A DNA stretch of 64,000 nt. It comes from Dehalococcoidia bacterium. GTDB taxonomy: Bacteria > Chloroflexota > Dehalococcoidia > Lucifugimonadales > CAUZJF01. The notes below the pieces were generated by a model, which was not told the DNA's origin, ran no database searches, and worked only from the letters and a program-made list of their open reading frames with translations. This document shows, one piece after another, positions 57,076 through 64,000 of this stretch. The DNA lies in NCBI GenBank assembly GCA_965197985.1, contig CBDAOG010000005.1, forward strand, positions 531,404 through 595,403, given 5' to 3'. Position 1 is the first letter of the stretch. Each line of letters opens with the position of its first letter. The position numbers were made by a program, and so were the translations under genes.

Positions 57076-57272
57076 GTGTCGAATGCGGCCATCATTGACG
57101 ATAAGAGCGCTCAGTCTAGCGGCTTTGCTGACGCGATGTACAGGCTGACAGCAGGCGTTTCGACCGACCCAGCACTGACCTGTAGGTGATATTGCCTCCT
57201 GCTATAATCGCACCGCTTGGAGACGGAATCCCGCCGGAAAGCCGACGCCACTTCGCCGTTGAAGGAGCCACG

Positions 57273-58562
57273 ATGAGCAACGTTCCAATGACCCGCCCTG
57301 AAGAAGCCCTCGCTTTACACGACCAGAGCTACGGCCACTCTCTCACGTTCGTCGGCCTCGACGACGGCCGGATCCTGCTGTCGAACGGCAGAATATTCAG
57401 GTCGAGCGACGACGGCGGCATTTCCTGGAGCGACGAGTTCAGCGGTACAACGGCGGACGGCAATCCGCTGGAGGGCAACGCCAGTCTGGTGAGCCTCTCT
57501 GGCGGGGGGATCGGCATTGCCACGATGCGGAAGAGACCGCCCAATACATACGACACCGAGATGGTCTTCCGACGCTCGGACGATGGAGGCAAGACCTGGT
57601 CCGAAGCCAAACCCATGAACACGGGCTTGATGCGGTCTCATGCGTATCAAGACACGTTCCTTAGAACGTCCTCAGGCCGAATCGTTCTTCCGGTGTACTT
57701 CGCGATCGGTCAGGGAAGCTGGCACCACGAGGAGGCGCCGTTCGTCGGCGGGTACCTGAACGGCAAGTTCATTTCGAGCGACGCCCACTTCTATGACCCA
57801 CACTTCTGCGCCAGTTACGTGCTCTACAGCGATGACGACGGCGAGACGTGGACCGCGAACCGCGACGGAGAACTTTTCATCAATCTCTGGCCCGGCGGCC
57901 CTCAGGAGTGGACGGCCGAGCCGTCCGTGGCAGAGGTCTCGCCTGGGAAGCTGCTGATGATGATGCGGACCCGGCTGGGCAGGCTCTACCAGTCGTGGTC
58001 CGAAGACAACGGCGAGAGTTGGTCTCGACCGGAGCCGAGTCAGCTGGCGGGTACTCAGGCGCCCGCCCAGGTACGATCGCTCCCCAACGGCAACCTCCTG
58101 GTCGTCTGGACCCAGCAGAGCGAAGAGGAGGTCAGACAGGGGTTCATCCGCACCCGGCTGTCGTCTGCGATCAGTAGGAACGACGGTGGCATCTGGGAGT
58201 TCTTCCAGAACGTCGAGTCCATCCACGAAGAGACTCATGTCCCGCCCCCACCCATCCAGATAGTGAAACCTGAGGGCGACTACTCGGTGCATCAAGGCCC
58301 GGCCTACGACACGGACCCGCATTACCAGGTACCGCTGCCCGACAGCTACGGTCGGTGGTCGTACCCTTCTGTGTACGTCGGCGAAGACCGTGTGCTCGTC
58401 TCTCACACGTACTCGGTCCACGAAAGCGACACGGGTGAAGTGACCGACATGGGTGGGTCGAAGTTGAAGGTGCTGCCCATCTCCTGGTTCTACGGCGGCG
58501 AGGAGCAGGCTGCCAAGAGCTTCCTCCTCGAGAAGATTGAGGCCCTTCCCCCTCGACCGTAG
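57273..58562 (+). CDS. BNR/Asp-box sialidase-fold beta-propeller protein (paralog BNR-1), no signal peptide
   Basis: ATG 57273 follows GAAGGAG. The Asp boxes are SSDDGGISWS, RSDDGGKTWS, YSDDDGETWT and WSEDNGESWS, plus a degenerate SRNDGGIWEF. Confidence 0.75.
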   Translation: MSNVPMTRPEEALALHDQSYGHSLTFVGLDDGRILLSNGRIFRSSDDGGISWSDEFSGTTADGNPLEGNASLVSLSGGGIGIATMRKRPPNTYDTEMVFRRSDDGGKTWSEAKPMNTGLMRSHAYQDTFLRTSSGRIVLPVYFAIGQGSWHHEEAPFVGGYLNGKFISSDAHFYDPHFCASYVLYSDDDGETWTANRDGELFINLWPGGPQEWTAEPSVAEVSPGKLLMMMRTRLGRLYQSWSEDNGESWSRPEPSQLAGTQAPAQVRSLPNGNLLVVWTQQSEEEVRQGFIRTRLSSAISRNDGGIWEFFQNVESIHEETHVPPPPIQIVKPEGDYSVHQGPAYDTDPHYQVPLPDSYGRWSYPSVYVGEDRVLVSHTYSVHESDTGEVTDMGGSKLKVLPISWFYGGEEQAAKSFLLEKIEALPPRP

Positions 58563-58622
58563 CCCAATCGGCTAGCGAGCCGACGATAGAAACTTAGCTC
58601 TGAAGCGCCCAGGAGGTATCAG

Positions 58623-59963
58623 ATGAACAACGTCCCGATGACCCGGCCCGAGGAAATGCTAGCCGAGCACGAGACTTTCTTCACCGCATCGATGACCTTC
58701 GTCGAGCTTCAGGACGGTCGTATCCTCCAGGCTGGCGGTCCGAAGTTCACATTGTCCGATGACGGCGGCCTGACCTGGTCGGAGCCCTTTGAGCGGCGCG
58801 ACTCGGAGGGCAACCTCGTCGGTTTGAAGGGCAAGGCGCTGGTCAACTTGTCGGGCAACGGAATCGGTATCGCGGCGGACATCAGGGCCGACGCGCCCAA
58901 GGGCCAGGGCCGCAGGATTTCGATCCGCAACCAGGCCCACGCCGTCTTTTGGCGTTCCGAGGACGGCGGCGAGACGTGGGAGGCGCCGGTGCCGATCACG
59001 CCTCGCGGATACGGGTCCTTCTTCTTTCGAGACACCCTCGCTCGGACCTCGTCGGGCCGGATCCTGCTCCCGGTCTATGTAACGTTTGGCCAGGGAGCGA
59101 AGGACCATGCAACCCTGCCCTTTTCGGGCAAGCTCTTCAAGAACCAATGGGTCTCGACTGCGGGTCACTTCTTCGACCCGGTCTTCACCGCGGTCTACGT
59201 ATGCTTCTCCGACGACGACGGCCGCACCTGGCAACACAATGATGACGGAGAGCTGATGGTCCTCCACGACTGGAGCACGATGTTTAGCTACTGCAACGAG
59301 CCTACCATCGCCGAGGTCTCGCCTGGCCGACTCCTTCTCATGATGCGCACAGGGCTCGGTCGCCTCTTCCAGTCCTGGTCCGACGACAACGGGGAGTCAT
59401 GGACTCGGCCGCAGCCGTCGGCTCTGGCGGCCAGCACGGCGCCCGCGAAGCTGCGCTTGATCCCTTCAACCGGCCACCTGCTCGTAGTTTGGAGCCAGGA
59501 GAACGAGGATGAGATCAAGCGCGGCTTCAACCGGACGCGGATATCTTCGGCCATCAGCCGCAATGGCGGCAGCGTCTGGGAGTTCTTCCAGAACGTCGAG
59601 TCGATCCACGAGACGACGAGGGTCGAGCCGGGCCCGATCCGCCCAGTCTTCCCCGCCGAATACTCCTTTGCACCAGGCCAACCAGCCGCCGAGCGCGAAG
59701 TCGAGTACGTCGAAGGCGCAGACGTGCACGCCCGCTACTCGTACCCCTCGGTGCTGGTAACTCGTAGCGACCGGGTGCTGATCTCCTACCCGTACTCGTA
59801 CTACGAAGAGCATCCGGACCGGGCGGAGCCGGTGCGGGCGGGCCACGACGACTCGGGGCGAATGGAGAAGCTCAAGGTGCTCCCGCTTAGCTGGTTCTAC
59901 GGCGGCAAGGAGCCGGCCGACAACCCGTTCTTGCCACGAGCCCATGAGCCCGCGAGTCCATAA
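58623..59963 (+). CDS. BNR/Asp-box sialidase-fold beta-propeller protein (paralog BNR-2)
   Basis: 446 aa and collinear with BNR-1 (MNNVPMTRPEE...). The Asp boxes are LSDDGGLTWS, RSEDGGETWE, FSDDDGRTWQ and WSDDNGESWT. Confidence 0.75.
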   Translation: MNNVPMTRPEEMLAEHETFFTASMTFVELQDGRILQAGGPKFTLSDDGGLTWSEPFERRDSEGNLVGLKGKALVNLSGNGIGIAADIRADAPKGQGRRISIRNQAHAVFWRSEDGGETWEAPVPITPRGYGSFFFRDTLARTSSGRILLPVYVTFGQGAKDHATLPFSGKLFKNQWVSTAGHFFDPVFTAVYVCFSDDDGRTWQHNDDGELMVLHDWSTMFSYCNEPTIAEVSPGRLLLMMRTGLGRLFQSWSDDNGESWTRPQPSALAASTAPAKLRLIPSTGHLLVVWSQENEDEIKRGFNRTRISSAISRNGGSVWEFFQNVESIHETTRVEPGPIRPVFPAEYSFAPGQPAAEREVEYVEGADVHARYSYPSVLVTRSDRVLISYPYSYYEEHPDRAEPVRAGHDDSGRMEKLKVLPLSWFYGGKEPADNPFLPRAHEPASP

Positions 59964-60014
59964 GCGTCGTGACGATCAGACCCGCGAAGTCGCGGTCTCG
60001 AGGGAGGTCTCCGA

Positions 60015-61336
60015 ATGAGTGATGTTCCGATGACACGGCCAGAGGAGGCGCTGGCCATACACCACACGCCTTACTTCAGCAGCTCGACGTTCGTGGAGCT
60101 GGAGGACGGCCGCGTCTTACACTCAGCCGGCGAGCCCTTCACCACCTCAGACGACGGCGGCCTCACCTGGTCCGACGAGTTCCGGCGCGTCGACACGAAC
60201 GGCGACCCTGTCGCCACGGGCGGCGCGTCGCTGGCGCGGCTATCTGGCAAGGGCATCGGGCTGGCCGAACGGAAGGTCGACAAAGACGCCACGCTCGGCA
60301 ACCGTCATCGCGTACTTTTCTGGCGCTCCGAGGACGGCGGCGAGACTTGGGAGCCCCCGGTACAGGTCAGTATCCCAAGACTCGACACTCACGTGTACCA
60401 GGACGTGCTGCTGAGGACGTCTTCTGGGCGGTTAATCCTGCCCGTCTACACCCACGAGGGGCAGAGCAAGCTCACCGGCCCTAATGACGTCACGCAGCCC
60501 GCCTCGGGAAGGCTCGTGCGCGGCCAGTGGGTCTCGACGAGCGCCCATTTCTTCGATCCAGGGTTCTCGTCCGTACACGTCTGGTACTCGGACGACGAAG
60601 GACGCACTGGGAGCGGAACGAGGACGGCGACCTCTTCATCCTGATGGACTGGAACGCCATGTACAGCTACGTGAATGAGCCGTCGGTAACCGAGGTCTCG
60701 CCCGGAAAGCTATTAATGTTCATGCGCACGGGCCTGGGTCGACACTATCAGGCCTGGTCCGACAACAACGGCGTCACCTGGACGCGCCCCCAGCCGACCG
60801 CGCTAGCCGCCAGCACGACGCCGTGCCAGATAAGGACGTTGTCGAACGGCCACCTGCTGCTGGTCTGGAACCAGGAGAACGAGGAAGAGGTCAAGCGCGG
60901 CTACAATCGGCAACGGATCTCGTCGGCCATCAGCCGGAACGGCGGTAGCGTCTGGGAGTTCTTCCAGAACGTCGAGTCGCTGCACGAGGGCACTCGGGTC
61001 GAGCCTGGACCCATCCGGCCGGTCCGGCCCGTCGAAAAGCACTTCGAGCCCGGCGTACCGGCCGCCGAGCGAGAGCCCGAACACATCGTCGCCGAGCCCT
61101 ACTACTCCCGGTTCTCCTACCCGTCGGTCCTAGTAATGAAAGACCGGGTGCTAATCACCCACAGTTTCTCCGACTACGAGGAGCACCCGACGAAGGGCCA
61201 GCTTGTGTTCAGAGGCCATTCGCCGGGAAAGTGGAATCAGAAGCTGAAGGTGCTACCTCTGACCTGGTTCTACGGCGGTAAGGAGCCGGCCGACAACCCG
61301 TTCTTGCCGAGAGCCCACGAGCCGGCATCGCCGTAA
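60015..61336 (+). pseudogene. BNR/Asp-box sialidase-fold protein (paralog BNR-3) with a single-nucleotide frameshift
   Basis: ORFs 60015..60644 and 60527..61336 are one gene. ...HVWYSDDEGRT is followed in the next frame by WERNEDGDLFILMDWNAMYSYVNEP.... One base is missing at CGC AC_ TGG (60603-60610). Confidence 0.7.
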
Positions 61337-62892
61337 TGCATATCGCATATTCAAGGGACAAGCTCTTCAAAGACATCGGTTCCCGCCGGCAGCTCTTCAT
61401 CGACGACGACGTCATCGCTTTCGTGCGGAACCTCACCCGACGCCAGCACTGGCCCGAGAAACACCCGGCGAACCCTCTGGTCAGCAGGAGCGAACCGTGG
61501 GAGGTGGCTCCCCAGTTCCGCACCAGCAACTTCAACGTGGCCAAAGACGACCTCTTTAAGGCGTGGTGCACCGACTTCTACGGCTATTTCGGCAGCGACA
61601 AAATGACCTACGGGCTCAACAGCCTCAACAGCCGTCACTACTACATGCAGTCGGAAGATGGGCTCAACTGGGAAAAGCCGCTGCTGGGCAAGCACGAGGT
61701 CGACGGCCACGACACCAACACTGTTTTCGCCCACCCGCCTTACGAGCTGGTCATCTGTCCTTCGATCATGCTCGACCCTGACGAAAACGACGAGTCGAGG
61801 CGCTACAAAATGGCGTACCTTTTCAAGCCAAAGGACGCGCCGTTTCCGAAGCGCGGAGGCAGCCGCTTCCACGGCGCTGGACTCAGCCTGGCCTTCTCGC
61901 CCGATGGCATCGACTGGACACCGTACGACGGCAACCCTGTGGTACCCGGCTGGGTCAGCGACGTCTGTATCCTAACCCACGACACCATCGACGGGAAGTA
62001 CATTCTCTTCGGCCGGGCAGGCGGCGTTGCCGGAAGCAGCTCCCACCCGGAGTTCAACCGCTGGTTCCCTCGCGTTTACCCAGGCGGTCCCGATGGAATC
62101 TGGGGCACCCGACGCCGCGTCTACAGGCTCGAAAGTGACGACGGCTTCAACTGGTCAGAGCCAGAGCTCATCTTCGACCCGGACGAGAACGACAACCTGG
62201 ACGACCATCACTACGGTTTCGTGAGCTGGCGTGCCGACGAGATGCACCTGGGCATCCTCAACGTCCTCCACTCCGTCGACAACACGATGGACATGTACAT
62301 GCTCTACAGCCGAGACGGGCTCCAGTGGCAGCGATTCCAGGAGCACCGCCCGCTGGTCCTTCGCGGAGGTGCGGGTAGCTTCGACGAGTTCGGAGTCGAA
62401 ACGCCGACACAGCCGATCGTCATCGGCGACGAAGTGTGGTTCTACTACGGCGGCATGAACGTCCACCACGACTGGTGGATCTTCGGCCGGCAGGAGGGGC
62501 TAGCCGTTCCCGAGGCCCTCGACCCTGCCCTCTCGGCGGACGGCCATCATCTGGGTCTCGCGACCCTCCGCTTCGACGGCTACGTCTCCCTCGACGCGAC
62601 CGTCCGGGAGGGTCACCTCGAGACGAAACCGGTCTATTCCAAGGCGCCCCAACTCTTCATCAACGGGCGCTGCGACCCCGGTGGTTACATCGAGGTGGAG
62701 GTGCGAGACAGGTGGGACAACGTATGGGACGGCTTCTCTAGAGAAGACTGTGACACCTTTACCGGCGACGACATCCACCACCGCGTGACGTGGCAGGGTC
62801 GCGACGCCGTCGACGAGGTCCCAGATTCGGTAAAGCTCCGGTTCTACCTCAAGAACGCAGAGCTATATAGCTTCCAATTCGCGAACAATTGA
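61336..62892 (+). CDS. unassigned beta-propeller glycoside-hydrolase-like protein (paralog GH-like-3)
   Basis: 518 aa. Its ATG overlaps the BNR-3 stop in TAATG (61334-61338). The sequence runs RRQLFIDDDVIAF..., ...HPANPLV..., QSEDGLNWEKP, FSPDGIDWTPY, ESDDGFNWSEP, YSRDGLQWQRF and ...LKNAELYSFQF. Confidence 0.65.
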   Translation: MHIAYSRDKLFKDIGSRRQLFIDDDVIAFVRNLTRRQHWPEKHPANPLVSRSEPWEVAPQFRTSNFNVAKDDLFKAWCTDFYGYFGSDKMTYGLNSLNSRHYYMQSEDGLNWEKPLLGKHEVDGHDTNTVFAHPPYELVICPSIMLDPDENDESRRYKMAYLFKPKDAPFPKRGGSRFHGAGLSLAFSPDGIDWTPYDGNPVVPGWVSDVCILTHDTIDGKYILFGRAGGVAGSSSHPEFNRWFPRVYPGGPDGIWGTRRRVYRLESDDGFNWSEPELIFDPDENDNLDDHHYGFVSWRADEMHLGILNVLHSVDNTMDMYMLYSRDGLQWQRFQEHRPLVLRGGAGSFDEFGVETPTQPIVIGDEVWFYYGGMNVHHDWWIFGRQEGLAVPEALDPALSADGHHLGLATLRFDGYVSLDATVREGHLETKPVYSKAPQLFINGRCDPGGYIEVEVRDRWDNVWDGFSREDCDTFTGDDIHHRVTWQGRDAVDEVPDSVKLRFYLKNAELYSFQFANN

Positions 62893-62939
62893 TCCGACCA
62901 CCCGCCCGAATGAGTCGGTCAGGCAGGCCGCCGTCTAAA

Positions 62940-64000
62940 CCCAAATCCACCGAAGGGATGACTATGCAGCAGCGGAACGGGCGATCGGGGCAAGGGAGGG
63001 CGATGGTCCGGGCACGATTTGGGGTAGAGGGGGGCCGGTGTTTGTCTTCAGTTGCCGCGGGGAGACTTTGTGACCGTCTGCGAATGTTGGTCAGGGCGAG
63101 ATAGCGGGGAGAGGACACAGCAAGAGGCACTCGCAGACCGGACTGGCGCGAGTTCGCGGGGACGTTCGGTTGGCCGGATGTCGGCCGGTTGCCGCCGCCG
63201 CCGTCAGGCGGGGAGTGGCAGGGCGCGCAATCGGGCCAGGGCACGATCGAACTGGGCTTCCCAAGGCCAGCGCTGTGGCAGATGCAGTGTGAGGCGGCGC
63301 GCCGAGCGGGTGATCCGTCCGGCCAGGGAGAAGAACCGCCGCCGGAGGGTCTTGGTGGTCACCACCTGCTCGCCCAGACCGATGCGCGCTGTCCAGCGGG
63401 CGATGTTGTGGGCCATCACCTGTACCGCCAGCCAGGCGGCGTTGGCGGCGAAGCGGCCCGAGGGGAGATGGTTCAACCCCACACCGTGCTTGAGGTCTCG
63501 GATGGCATTCTCGATCTCGGCGTGGCGGCGATGGTCGGCCTCCAGTTCGAGCATCTCCCCGTCCCGGTCGGTGATGAAGCCGTGATAGCTGTAGGTGGCG
63601 AAGAGGGCCAGCTGGGAACCGGGCGTGGGCTTCACACGCCGGACGATGAGCCGCACCGGCGCGGCGTCAGGTTCACTCTGGAAGGGAGTGCAGGTGGTCT
63701 CGGCCACATCGGCGGCGCCGTCCATCCAGTAAGGAATCGGCGTCCAGGCATCTTCGGGTATCGCCTCGATGAGATTGTGCAGGCTTTTATGCTGGCGGAT
63801 GGTGATGGAGAAGCGGACATCCATCTTGCGGCAGACGGATACCACGCCATGAGTGTAGAACCCGCTGTCGGCCCGTAGCGTGAGTCGTCCGTTGGCCCCG
63901 GCGTAGCGCACCCGTCCCACCGTCTCCCGCAGGAAGTGGGCGGCGCCGCGGGCGGTGTTGGCCCGGCCCTCGCGCAGCCGGGACATCAGCACGTCTCCGG
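62940..64000 (-). mobile_element. IS1380-A copy 5 (partial; continues beyond window end)
   Basis: The tail end CCCAAATCCACCGAAGGGA begins at 62940, 264 bp from the transposase stop as in the other copies. It lies 47 bp downstream of the GH-like-3 stop. Confidence 0.85.
63204..64000 (-). CDS. IS1380-family transposase (C-terminal part; runs off window)
   Basis: The frame is open to the window end. The listed ORF 63204..63992 merely starts at an internal Met. The translation is identical to copies 3 and 4 over the visible part. Confidence 0.85.
   Translation of the reverse strand, partial: GDVLMSRLREGRANTARGAAHFLRETVGRVRYAGANGRLTLRADSGFYTHGVVSVCRKMDVRFSITIRQHKSLHNLIEAIPEDAWTPIPYWMDGAADVAETTCTPFQSEPDAAPVRLIVRRVKPTPGSQLALFATYSYHGFITDRDGEMLELEADHRRHAEIENAIRDLKHGVGLNHLPSGRFAANAAWLAVQVMAHNIARWTARIGLGEQVVTTKTLRRRFFSLAGRITRSARRLTLHLPQRWPWEAQFDRALARLRALPLPA

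Noticed and set aside
1-64000. CRISPR arrays, rRNA genes, prophage, retron/DGR or known defence modules
   Set aside because: All regularly recurring sequences resolve into IS copies, MITEs or short REP-like units without spacer periodicity. I saw no reverse transcriptase, Cas-like, TnpB/IscB-like or phage structural ORFs.

Overview
High-GC bacterial chromosomal window (mid-60s % GC by eye; not computed). Insertion sequences surround housekeeping genes and a cytoplasmic sugar or sugar-acid type catabolic island. By my coordinates about 23-24 kb (~37%) is IS-derived, from eight transposase families. These are: two different IS630 elements; two different IS256 elements; five near-identical copies of a 1712-bp IS1380-family element (IS1380-A) plus a second IS1380 type; two IS5-family elements; a truncated ISNCY-like element; an IS1182-family element; an IS21 element; and an IS481-family element carrying a nested IS256. 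There are also three identical 161-bp MITEs whose ends match the IS1182 element. Several boundaries are base-precise (TIRs plus target-site duplications), and several host genes can be rebuilt in frame across insertions: a 2TM membrane protein, an AAC(3)-like acetyltransferase, a PKD/S1 protease and the IS481 transposase. Housekeeping genes are xerD, uvrC, a ligD-ku NHEJ pair, rpoD and purC. A large BNR/Asp-box propeller gene runs off the left edge and is absent from the ORF track. The most interesting non-mobile content has four parts. (i) Three tandem signal-peptide-less BNR/sialidase-fold paralogs. (ii) A thrice-represented unassigned beta-propeller glycoside-hydrolase-like family, one member overlapping the last BNR gene in TAATG. 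(iii) Two DHDPS/N-acetylneuraminate-lyase-family aldolases. (iv) An enolase-superfamily enzyme, an Ldh_2 oxidoreductase, an aldo/keto reductase and methyltransferase-fold proteins. I read this as a candidate uncharacterised intracellular catabolic system, now being eroded by IS1380-A. Three short dispersed repeat families are present, one of them a hairpin plus GGGGTGAGG motif sitting in 5' leaders. I found no rRNA, tRNA or CRISPR array by eye. All family assignments rest on motif recognition, not on searches. The repeat types make me think of Chloroflexota-like genomes, but that is a weak inference.
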